From Phoronis australis (taxonomy: Eukaryota; Animalia; Phoronida), in contig NMRA01000193.1 of NCBI GenBank assembly GCA_002633005.1, forward strand, positions 493,527-557,526: a stretch of DNA of 64,000 bases, in the 5' to 3' direction. The translations under genes were made by a program, and so were the position numbers. Positions 24,569 to 36,115 of this stretch are shown one piece after another. The stretch's first letter is position 1. The number at the start of each line of letters is the position of its first letter. The notes below the pieces were generated by a model that saw only the letters and a program-made list of their open reading frames with translations, was not told where the DNA came from and ran no database searches.

Positions 24569-26846
24569 CCGCGTATTATGCTTGATACTATGGCCGCTTT
24601 CGGAATCCTGACCACAGCACCCACAATGCACCATTTTAACCTAATTTCAATATGGCGTCGCTGCAAATCCGCTATTCCCAATGATAAATGGACTCACATG
24701 ACGGTAGAATGCCCCATTATAGAATAACTATAAAGTTTTAAACATTTTACCAAGTAAACACGTTCTCACGGAGTCATGCTGTCCTCTACTCTTGTGAATT
24801 ATCATGGAATTGCGCTGCACATTAAGAAATGAGTATAAATAGTTTGGCTTATTGACGCACTTGCAATAATCTCCATTTAGACATGCAACTCATTAGAGAC
24901 TAATGTACGAAGATTCTAACAACTGCAGTAAAAGTATAGACTTCCGGATCTTTGCGCTCGTTGGTCACTTTAAAAGCTTGCGTTATTCACACTACGTCAG
25001 AAAGTAGTCATTTTCCGGTCACACAAATTTCATACCGATCGTGCACATGCTTTTTGTTAAAGAACTAGACCGTACTTCCAACATCGAATCACTTTCGCTC
25101 CTTCCTCAATCGTTGCTTATGTCTTTATCGCATTGTTATTTTTCAATTATCAAGCTGTATATCCCCATTTCCTACACTTACGCACGTGGGATTATGGAGT
25201 TTGCAAGTTCCCTAAGTGCAAACACATTTTTTTGCTGAATGAATCGTCAGCCCTTCTTGTTGTTGAATGAGACACTGCTTGGTGTGTGAAATTTCTCAAA
25301 AGGCAATAAGTCTGTACAAGCTTAGGACTTTTCCTAATTTGAAAAGCAAACAGTCAAAATGCATTTTCAACAATGATGATTAGTAATGTTTTAAAATCTA
25401 CTTTACATTTTATATTTGGTATAGTCTCGTTTACTTACTAGTTGTTTGTATTCATATTTAACGCGAGACAGTTTTCCTAAATGCCACCAGGCGTCAAATA
25501 CAACATGATTATCACTTTCATTGTTATCTGTATTGATTACCAACTTTGAAAAAAAGTGATGATTTTAGGATTTTGTTTTATATCTCTTATCAAATGTGTT
25601 GAAAAGTTAACATCCTATACCCAGCATAGGTGATGATTTCGGGCTGAAGAGCAAACGGTGTTCTTTGATAAAAAAGAAATACATGCTTCATTATACACTA
25701 ATTTTAATTTTGAATCACTTGCAAAAGACCATTATAGCTTAAATATTGAAGTTTGATTCTTAACTGGTATCTTAGCCACAACAAACTGTTTTTAAACTGC
25801 GTGTTTAAATTTCAATATTAAAATATTAAAAATTTAGACGCGCACAAAATCTGTTGTTCTGTCATACGCTTTTTCTTCCCTTCATTAGTGTTGCAGTACT
25901 GATTTATCATATTTTGAAAGATTTTGGAAGACTTACGTTGTGTTCTATTTCTCGTGTGCGCCAAAGGCGAGCTTCCGTATTTTGTTCACTGAAAAATCGA
26001 AGATCCAGGATTAAATTGTATTATGCATTTTTGTATCGGGCAGCTGTTACAAGGTGTGCCTATACAAGAACGTATGTCCTTCCGAGTGTACAAGAGGACT
26101 TTGAGAAAGATTGAATCCGCACAAGCTATTGTAATGTTAATAGCACTTGCATAACGAAAAATTTCCGTCAATATACACGTTTGAAAAATCTATGTAGAAA
26201 GTTTCAGATGAAATTTTGAATGGGAAACCCATCTTGGGACATTCGTATATGAGGTTTCTCGCGGAGTTATTCGCAATTATGCAATTAACGTTATCCGAAA
26301 TAAAAAATTCGCCACGAATTTCCAGATCCACATGATGATGGATGTTTCGTGCTTCAATTTTCTGCTGCAGCTGTCAAAAACGACGAGAATGGAATGATTC
26401 TTCTACCTTTTTATTTTACCAGCGTAAATAGTTTCAGTGACGCAGTGGTGGCGTAACTCCCCGTACACGCAGCCCACCGCCTTTTTCCTTTTCGGTTAGA
26501 ATACACTCACCGTAACTTAGTCTTTATAAGTTCCGAATGTACGCCCTGGACTTATCTGCAGAAACTCCGGTACTTGACTTGAATCAAAAGCATACCCTTA
26601 CATTGATAATACAAAGTACGATCTCCAGGAAAATACACCTATGCGCCAAACGGACTTTGCTTCAAAGAAAAAGTGCATCCTAAATCTCGATATTGTACAT
26701 TTTTAAATTAGGAGGCATGCGCACATGATGGGACTGACGTAATGAGTAAAGTGCTGAGAAACGAGGTTTTCGGAGCATTTTATGGTGTAATAATATCCTG
26801 CACTGAGGTTTCCGTATCCTGGTTCAAAGAATGAATGTTTCATGTA

Positions 26847-26940
26847 CATGCATTAGTCTAAGGATAAGTACACACACTATGCAGGTCAAATCACAGTTAA
26901 TAGATCACCGGTTCGAGTCCCGGTCGGGTAAACAATTTTT
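26847..26940 (+). other. tRNA-like Pol III promoter remnant (SINE-like), not a functional tRNA
   Basis: A-box-like TAGTCTAAGGA (26854), B-box GGTTCGAGTCC (26910-26920) in a T-arm-like stem, TTTTT at 26936-26940. No cloverleaf can be built. Confidence 0.4.
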
Positions 26941-27111
26941 CAGACTTAACTTTAGGTCACATGATGTTACCAATGTACCGCGTGTATAACACTAATAGAT
27001 CTTATTGATGTATGACAACACGTTGGTTCATAACAACACAATTACATTAGTCTATACAGTCGGAAAAGTGTTAGTGGAATCGCTTATTTAAACGTTTGTA
27101 AATGCAGTGCT

Positions 27112-27279
27112 GTAGTGGGGCTTAGGCGCACGTAGGCGCAGCCAACCACCTTTTGGCATTTAAAAGTAGCGCCTACGCACCGTAAGTTACGTTATACTGG
27201 GGCGTAGGCGCAGCCAACCATCTTTTTACATCTCAACGCAACGCCTATGCACAGTAAGTGACGGTATAGTGGGGCGTAG
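27112..27279. repeat. Short tandem duplication (~72-80-bp unit, ~2.2 copies) with internal hairpin
   Basis: ggggcgtaggcgcagccaacca...cgccta.gcac.gtaagt.acg.tata is repeated; taggcgc/gcgccta is inverted within the unit. Confidence 0.7.
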
Positions 27280-29977
27280 TCTTGATACAATAGCTTACGG
27301 TACCGATGCACTGCTGCGCTGACGACAGCATTATTGCCGAATTTACCGGCGCTCGTGCCCATAACGATTATGGTGTCAAACTATAGACGGATTACAGAGG
27401 ACCGAAACGCCCCGAGGACACACTCCACGAGCGACTAAAAATGCCGCCAGCAAATCGTTTCTGGGCATTACGCGCCTATTTACCTTTAAAATTGTGTTTG
27501 GGTCACCTTCAGAGAACGCTTGGAATGAACGCAGAGCTTTGTCTTCATATATGTGTGGTTGAACCCCTTCCTGAGACATTCCAAATTCGCCACATGACTT
27601 CAGACTCGAAGTAAATACCCACTCGTGAGTCAAAATATAGGCCTACATGTTTATGAATCTGAGTTTGCGAATTGAATGCCCTTTTAAAATTCAGTGCTCA
27701 AGGTGATACGGTGGGCATTGAGCGTCTACTTACCTCTAATTTTACCATTACAGTACTGTGTAAATGTCAATGAAGTAACATCTGTTCGTTGAGAACCGCA
27801 ATTTGTAGAGCATCAGTATGTATTTGTAGTCTCTAGTTAAATTTGAAGTGTTACATTATTAAGAACACTTTAGGAGGCTCAAAAATTTGGAATTCCAAAC
27901 TGGGATAAAATGTCGTAATTTCCGTTGTTGTAGAAGAACCGTGCATTCTTGTATCCCGCTTGATTTTCTTTAACACGCTAAAAGTTAAGCTCATTTGAGA
28001 TCCAGCCCAGTCATACAATCACGGCAAATCATGGGCATGAAGTCGTCTATTATTTCAGAGCTTTTAAGTACTTTTGACTGACAATCAAAAAAGTACCAAC
28101 CACTTACCAAATTCTGTAACACATCCATCAGTTCAGGTTGTCATTGTGCACTCTGACTAATTCGCGTTTGAATTCTATGTTGACACGCTGGCCACAAGGG
28201 GACTTATCTGTCTCTAAATATTTAGCAATACTCTCGATTGGGAGTAATTACTTAACAACAAGTTATTTAAATATAAAACATTTGTAAGTAATAATATAGC
28301 AATCAATTAACTAATTCAGTAAGTGCACATATATTTTTCTTTTTCCTAACGATGTAATAAGTGGCTTTCTACCATTAGCCGTAATAGCCTCACCACTCCC
28401 TTTCTTGTTTTTAAAGTGAATAACAAAAATATGGAAACCATACGCGTCTAGACTCGTGTTCCAGAACTTTATCAACAGATCATTTTTCAATTTTTTTGTG
28501 CACCACTTCTGCCACAGTTGTTATGAAAATATCTTGAGCTGTAGTGCAGTGTTGTTTTTGAATCACATCACTGTTCACTTGGAAAAATCAGATAAAAATT
28601 ATAATAACAGATATCAGATGAAATGTTACATCGGTTAAGTGGAAGGTTAAGACAACGGTCGATAAGAGAGTACGGTCACTTCTAACGGGAAGAGTGGTAG
28701 AACAAATTTTTTATTCCTTCTCAAAATGCACACTTAGATAACCAACGTTCACTGAACAGATTTGCATTCAAGTTGTATTGAACTGTACATCAAGTACTAA
28801 AACGTCGGTCATTAAGACGACATTTGTAAAAAATATTATATTAGCCTCTTTAAACAACAATGGCTTCCATAATTTTTATGTTGCAAGTTTGATATAAACG
28901 CCGTGTAGAGTCACATATTATAGACCTATTTTTGTTTGACTTTATCACTAATTTTCACTTTTATTCCATTCCATCATCTATACAGGGTGGGAACGATTCC
29001 ATTGACACGCGTCAATTTTGGTCAAGATATTATTCGTTGGTTTACAATAGCCAACGAAAGTGTCCATAGTAATTTACATGACGTAATAGATATGTGAAAT
29101 CACCAGAAACCTATGCCTCTAACAAATTTAGAACCTGTGTAATGATGGTAATACAGTGGCGATCAGTTCCGTATCCCGGCGATATTTCGACATTTTTAAT
29201 CCAAGATGAAAGCTCATCGGACACCAAGGAAAACCCTAAACGTGTTTGCTTGCAACTAAGTTGACCCTTAAACAAGTATACCTAGCAGTGTTTGGATAAC
29301 GTAATATCCACCGGTCGACAAAATGTAATCTGGACCCAGTGAGGCTGATGACTGTTTTTCGCATTCGGATTATTTTGATGTTTGTATCCTATACAGTCAA
29401 TATTGTGATCCGGAGTAAAATTCGTGTCGCAGCAAAGAATTACGAAATCTGAATTACAATCCGTAACCATTTGAAGCATAAATATAAGCTAGTGTGACCA
29501 CGATTCGATTTTCAATAATGTCTGTATAAGTACTATAGGTTTCTTTTGTGATTATTATGGATTTTATCAACTTCATATTCAAAATTATTTATAAAGGTAA
29601 ATACATGTAAAAAGGGCGAACGTTGATGCCTCATCAACTTTGGACTTCATCTAGATCCGATTCATCAGTCGACGGATGTGAAAGCACTTCTTTTCAACCA
29701 TGAATTAGTATTTAAAAGAACGAAAATGTTTTACAATCATTTATTTTAGTGACCTGTAGTAATTACTACCCACCCACAACTTGGGCTTATAAGTCACCAT
29801 TTATTTCCAAAGAGAACGACGTGCAGCTCGTGACAAAAAAACTTTCGTCAAATGACAAGCGGGAAAAGCTCATTCATTTATTTTTAGTGGCCAATTATAG
29901 CCGGATTCGAGTATTATTCAGAGTGTCACACAAAAACCTGTGTTTACAAGTTGAGAATTGATCAGGACAGGATCAAA

Positions 29978-30223
29978 AATAATGTGGACTAATATGAAAC
30001 AATGTGGATTATAGTTGTGAAATCATGTGGACCAATACAAAATGATGGGGACTAATATGAAATGATGTGGACTATTGCGAAAGGTTGTGAACTAATAGGA
30101 AATGATGTGGACTAATGTGAAATTGTGTGGATTATTGTGAAGTGATGTGGACCAATGGGAAGTTAAATGGACTAACGTGAAATAACGTGGACTAATGCGA
30201 AATGATGTGGACTAGTATGAAAT
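29978..30223. repeat. Minisatellite, 20-bp unit (consensus ~AATGATGTGGACTAATGTGA), ~12 degenerate copies
   Basis: 20-bp periodic tgtggact/tgtggatt motif read directly from the sequence. Confidence 0.9.
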
Positions 30224-31149
30224 CCAGTGACCTAAATGATACGTTTGTTGTGGAAAACGAAAGGTAAGCATGGTCTCCACACGTTTTCATCAAAATATTC
30301 GACACTAGGTAAACGTAACCTGAAAATAATAAAGTAGACTAGTGTATCTAAGTAACTAATGTTGTTTTTCACATTTCCTCCAATGTCGAATATCGCTCTT
30401 TTTGCCGAGAAATGCGAGTAAAACGGTATAGATATTGTGTGCCTATGGTGAAAATTCGTAGAACTTTGATTAGGGAGTGACACAAAAATATAGAGGCTTC
30501 CGCGACCACGGCACAGCACACGTCTTATTTAATATGCTAATCTGTTATGAACGGACTTTGTGACGTCTTCCAGAGTTTTTATTTGCAAATTCCCGTTCAT
30601 TATAACAACATCTGCAAAACATTTTATTTTACACCAAAGAATAAAATCACATCAATTTACCAGGAAATCGAATCAATATGTTCTGGTACAAAAGCAGATA
30701 CTGATGATGAGATCAGTGTACATAAAATAAAAGCAAATTAATAGATAAAATATAAACCTACAAACAGAAAACGGCCCAATAGACATTAAATACAAACTTA
30801 CAGGTAAGCCAACATCGTTACCAGCAGAACAGAATGAAAATACCACGATCGATGACGTTTCCGCTAATGCACTTAACGAGACTACAAACGAGCTACAAAC
30901 TATAGGCGACTGAAACTTGCGTTTAACACAAAGCATTATTCTTCACAAGTATTTCACGTTATAAATACAAGTAACTGTAGTATTACATTGCAAAGCAGGC
31001 GTCATACGCTAATTTCTCACATGACCTGGAATGTATTACTACGCGACAAGTTAATAACACCGATTATACCACAATATTAGCGTCAAATGGCAGATACAAC
31101 CGTGTAATAACCCATAAAGTTATCTCACTAGTGAGATAACGATTTGGCG

Positions 31150-31468
31150 GGAAACCGAGGACGGAGTCGAACCAGGGACCCTGGAATTGCTGGTCGCCGA
31201 CTTTACCATTACACTATGCAGCGACTGACGTCATCAAGAGTGAAAATAGAATAATCGCACGTTCAACAAACCGCATTGTACTGTACTTATACGCTACGAA
31301 AAATAAGACACATAATTTCCATAAAAATGATATCTTAATTTAGTGAAAATTTTCTCTCATGTCCTCTTACGTGTAAATCAACGATCTCCAGTTTGAATGC
31401 GGGTATCGTCTCGTCAGGATCTTTGCCTTGAGAATTATATTCAGTTACCAGTGGTAACCTACTTTAGC
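31150..31468 (-). repeat. Dispersed repeat with internal tRNA-like cassette, copy 1
   Basis: Minus strand: ctaaagtaggttacc...ggagatcg...cggtttgttgaac...TGACGTCA-9nt-TAGTGTAATGG...GGTTCGACTCC. Homologous to 42631-42970. Confidence 0.7.
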
Positions 31469-31747
31469 AGACGATAACTTCCCGGTCGAAGCTTAGCGTG
31501 AAAAAACGTGTTTTAAGCTATAATAGTTGGTAAACCTTAATTTATAAATTCAATTTATTTCTATTATATTTAAGTTTTCAATTGGTTTTGAGTAAAAGCA
31601 TTGTTTTACAAAAATATCTCGGCTTTTCTTAAAAGGTCACGACCTCCGACCCCGGGCCTCTGACATAGAAAGTAGTTACAAAGCCGAGGCGAATCGAGAA
31701 AGGTAGATCGATTCATTGCAATGTTTCTCGTTCAGTATGTGGTATAA

Positions 31748-31911
31748 ATAGATTATTACATGTTCTCAGTCGTTATTCCCCTTATCTAGAGCCCTCGTGG
31801 ATTTTGTAGAATTATCACCCTCGGTGCTAACGCCCCTCGGGCGATAATTCTCCAAAATCCACTCGGGCTCTAGATAACGGGGGATAACGACTTTATCATG
31901 TAATAATCTAT
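31748..31911. mobile_element. Foldback/palindromic MITE (~164 bp)
   Basis: atagattattacatg...ttatctagagccc..gtggattttg.agaattatc.ccc is mirrored by gggcgataattctccaaaatccactcgggctctagataa...catgtaataatctat. Confidence 0.85.
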
Positions 31912-33263
31912 ATATATTACATGGGCGAATCACATAGTAGTGCAAAGTAGAAATCCATACGCCTTACGTTTCATCGTCTGCAAAACAACGAAACGCGCGG
32001 CAACCAAACAATGCCGGAATTCTGTAAAGGTGACAAGGTTATGATTGATAAATCGGTTGTCGCAACTGTACGTATTCCAGGACCGAAAGACATGCAAACA
32101 ACGTTTTGCCCATGTCATAAACCCGAGACTCGTGTAGGATTCTCTATATCTCTTCCATGCTTTCTTTGTAGCAGACAAAGGTCGATGGAGCTTTGCACAC
32201 ACCAGGGAGATCAAAATGGTCTTCATATCATTTTCCTTACTTGCAGTTTAGAGTGGACGAGTAACATGACTGTTGCGGTAACGAATAATGTAATTTGGAA
32301 TTGACCGTCGTTTATAATTAGACAACCTACATAATTTGCAGCTGTTCAAGGAAGACAGCAGTGAAAATCGATAATCATCGAACAATTTTCGCTTGTTTTC
32401 ACCATGGTGTTAATTACACCACTTAATACTTATAGTGTACGAATCTATTCAAGCAAGTCCTAGGAACTCGACCCCTTTAGTACAAATAAATTTGTGCAAT
32501 TTATTTAAAGTAGCTTGTTAAATACGAAAATCGAATAAGACGTAGTACTCTCATAAACTCGGTCTCATGATATTCCTTACCGAGGTATGAATCTATTACC
32601 GTTACAAACAAGAACATCAATACCACCAACGACTCAAGAAAACGCTTTACTGTTGATTGCATTGGAAAAGGGCGCATGTTTGGCGCATTGCATGCGACTT
32701 GATTCGGAAACGGGAATGTAAACCTATGAGCTAGAGTAAATACTATAAAAACCGATTTTCGTTTTTTATTCAGATGAACTGGACAAAATGTTGCTTTAAA
32801 AAGTATTTTGATTCGCACTAACACCAAATTAGTCTTTATATCCAATTAACGGAAGTATCCTCAGAGCTTCAAACGTGCTGACCTTTCAAAAACGTGACTT
32901 AAAATTGACGTCCATAATCTGCACAACCCAAGTAAACAACCATCTCTGAAAGTTACATTAGGTCGAACCTTAGCGGAGAAAATTATATATTTATTATATT
33001 TTTGTTTAAATTAATTTTGTTTATTATTTATCTCGAGCAACGGAAGTAAAACGCCATTAGTTAAAGCTTAATGGTTACTTGCCATTGCTTTTGATGCCTA
33101 TATTTCATGTGGAAATAACTCTACCAGATATCAGTATGATAAGTCACGTCAGTGTTGGCTTTCGAAGTACGCGGATTGGAAAATAGCATCCAAGACATTC
33201 TGATTGGCTGATGCTGTGAAATGCATGGGAGAACTGGTCTATCTCACGTTCACGCTGCACACT

Positions 33264-33321
33264 CTAACTAACGAGACAAACGCAAAAGTTTTTAAACTTT
33301 TGCGTTTGTCTCGTTAGTTAG
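33264..33321. repeat. Perfect 28-bp inverted repeat with 2-nt spacer
   Basis: ctaactaacgagacaaacgcaaaagttt-tt-aaacttttgcgtttgtctcgttagttag. Confidence 0.95.
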
Positions 33322-33339
33322 CTAGGTGGCACAGCAATC

Positions 33340-33812
33340 GGATCCGTACGAAAGTCGTCGTCATCCTTCGTTCTATTCGTAAGATCATATCTTCCAAATC
33401 CCATAAAATGTTTTATGAGATGCCGCAAATGACGGGCGTCTATACCAGGCAGACGGATGCCGGACAGACAGAGATAGATGGCAACAATATGCGCCCGTAT
33501 AAATTTATATATACGTGGACCAATGATGTTGCCACTAGGGGCGGAACAGTAGTAACCTCTGGGGTAGCGTCGTCTCCCTTATAAGAAAAAACAATTTCAT
33601 AAAAACTCTACCAGTGACTTGATAGATATAGGTGCATACAAAAAGCTTAACATTTTCACTAGCAGTCAGACCCGTCCGCAAATCGTCGCCATCCGTTGTA
33701 TATTCTTTCAAATTCCATAAAGTGTTTAATAGAATACAGCAAAAGATGGCAGACAGACAGATGCCTGACAGGCGGAGATGACGGCAATATACTCCCGCAT
33801 TTACACATAAAA
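33340..33812 (-). mobile_element. Helentron-associated (HINE/DINE-1-like) non-autonomous element fragments
   Basis: GACA/GACG microsatellite blocks next to gagatgacggca and a small palindrome, plus gccactagggg. These are reverse-complement matches to motifs in 57185-57670. Confidence 0.55.
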
Positions 33813-36029
33813 GGCACCTGAAACAGCTGACTGACATGACAGTGTAAACGTGAACGAAGTCTTGCATTCTACAAAATATCTAAACCGCCCGTCAGTCACA
33901 CCCCTGTGTTGATATAAGATGAGATAGGATTTAATGTTACGTAGAATGAGAAAAGTTCAATACACAATTCATAATACGTGTTTTTGGAAACATTGACTGA
34001 GCTACCTGATGCAAGATGTACTCTGTGCAATTTAGTAAATAGTAGAGATAATGAAGATATAATGCCACTTATTAACAAACTGGCTATCCATATTGATCAT
34101 GCGTATCATATTTTATATCAAAAGCGGGCATATCTACTCCTAGTGAAACTTCAATATTCCTTACGACGGCATTAAGAGTTTTGTTAAGTAAAGATCGAGC
34201 CTGAGTCACGTAGGCACAAGAATCTCGCAAAGGAGACTGTAGTCTAGTAGCTAGAAATGGGTACTTAGAAATTCTTGTTTTTTTTCTGTTTCATGTATAG
34301 GTGCCTCCCCTGAAGCGCTTTAGCTGGCTTGTAATCTTGACAACTTTGAAATTTTTTAGATATGAAAATTAATGCCGCTATTATGCAAAATTATATTTTT
34401 GCTTATAACTTCCCCATCAAGCTCTTCAGGTTGATTATTTTGTTTTCACCAATGTTTCTATGGTCAGTGAATTTATGGAGCTACTTGGGAAGTGGATACA
34501 TCGAGACTTTGCATATATTATGCCAATTAAAACGATTAATGAAAATGCTACTTGTGCTTATAGCTTCGGTATCAAGTTATACATGTCAAAGTATATTGAT
34601 ATTTTCACCCAACTTGATATGGACAGCGAATTTAATGGAGCCGCTTTGAAGGTGGATACATCGAAAATTTGCATCAATTATGCAAACTGAGGGAGCCATT
34701 TTTGAAAGTTCTACTTGTGTATTTAGCTGCAGTATCAGGCACCACATGCAAATTTTATTGATAATTACGCACTTGTTTCTGCGATCCGTAAATTTGATGA
34801 GATATGTTTATTGGTTATTGCATGATAGACAAATTCGCATAATTTATGAAAATAATGGACGCCATTATTTAATATTCTGTTTCTGTTCATAACTTTCATA
34901 CAGGGCACTACATGTAGATTATTTTGATATTCGCACCCATGATTTTGTGGACAATGAATGTAATGAAATCAGTTCGCAGATAATTACCTCATGAATTTGC
35001 ATAATTCGTGTACATTGTGACCAGCAACAGTAGTTTGACTCATCGTTTTGGTTACAGCACTTCATGAATTGAGGCTTTTGCGTGACTGTACTATCCGAAA
35101 TAAGATGTGGAATCATTTTCAGAAGTGTGTTCTGGGTAATTGTCTCACTCTCATCGAAGTCGCTAAGATCACATACAGTGATATTCATACATAGCTTTGC
35201 TTTCACAACTACAGCATCAAGCTTAACAAACTTAAAAGACTTGCTTGAAAAATTTCCATAGTCAACAACTGATGCACAACGTGGCATACTTAAAGCCTAA
35301 TTTCAACGGAATTTTGTTATTTTAGATACACTGGACTAAAAAAGTAGTCCTAGCAAATCCTTAGCTAAATAAGAAAAAGCGAGTTTAATGACGCAAATAG
35401 GTGAAGCTACCTTTTTCGTGTCATACAGCGTCACCGCCAGATCCCAGTACAAACAACACAAGTCCGATAATAGTTGTATTGAATAGGGGTCTGAATATAC
35501 CACCTTTACGAGCGGGTGATTCTTGCGGTGTCTTTGACGTAGATAAAAGGAAACCAATAGGCCTAACAGTTCGTTATATTCGACAATTTATGGCACTAAG
35601 GGGCTCAGAGCGATGCTCTTAACATACTACAGGAGCTAAATTTGCAGATGTTATCGTTCACGATAGACGGCTTTCAAACATCACTTTTCACTTTTCATCA
35701 GTTTATCAAACATTTGTTTGTCTGAAAGCTGTCCTCAAAAGTTTTGAGAAGTGTCATAAAGACCTGGAGATGTCCGTGTTTACTAATTTTGACAAGCATG
35801 CATATTGTCAGGAAGCCATTACCAGTTTTGTTAATGTCTTCATGATATTATCAATTACACTAAATTAAATTAAATTATCATCGTCACAAATGTGACTAGG
35901 CAGCTGCATCTCAGCCCGTACCTTCATAAAAGTGTCATAACCTGTCAGAACATTAAGCTTTAGGTGCCTCGTTTAGCTGGCTAAAAGTAACAATCAAATT
36001 CCGAGTAGGCATTTCACCGTCATAAATAT

Positions 36030-36115
36030 GTCTCGTGAAGGGATTCTATTTCCGTGACCAGCAAAAAATGAGAGACTCGAGTCGGCAACGGAAAGGAATC
36101 CTGTCACGGAGACCG
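36030..36115. repeat. Degenerate palindromic MITE core
   Basis: tctcgtgaagggattctatttccgtgacc versus ggcaacggaaaggaatcctgtcacggaga (imperfect inverted arms). Confidence 0.55.

Larger units (their letters stand above)
23173..24676 (-). mobile_element. Non-autonomous ISL2EU-like DNA transposon carrying a THAP-domain remnant
   Basis: Perfect 18-bp inverted repeats aatagcggatttgcagcg (23173-23190) / cgctgcaaatccgctatt (24659-24676). Internal minus-strand THAP fragment CCVPGC..FP..W..HRVCSEHF. Confidence 0.75.

Noticed and set aside
29978-30223. CRISPR array
   Set aside because: Contiguous degenerate units with no unique spacers, no cas genes, eukaryotic context.
31145-31224. Functional tRNA gene
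   Set aside because: A and B boxes are present but acceptor and anticodon stems do not pair; the terminal CCA is likely coincidental in a eukaryote.
34919-35287. 122-aa minus-strand ORF, and similar orphan ORFs at 31930-32304, 56789-57111 and 59204-59508
   Set aside because: No recognisable domain, no convincing splice context; lengths compatible with chance.
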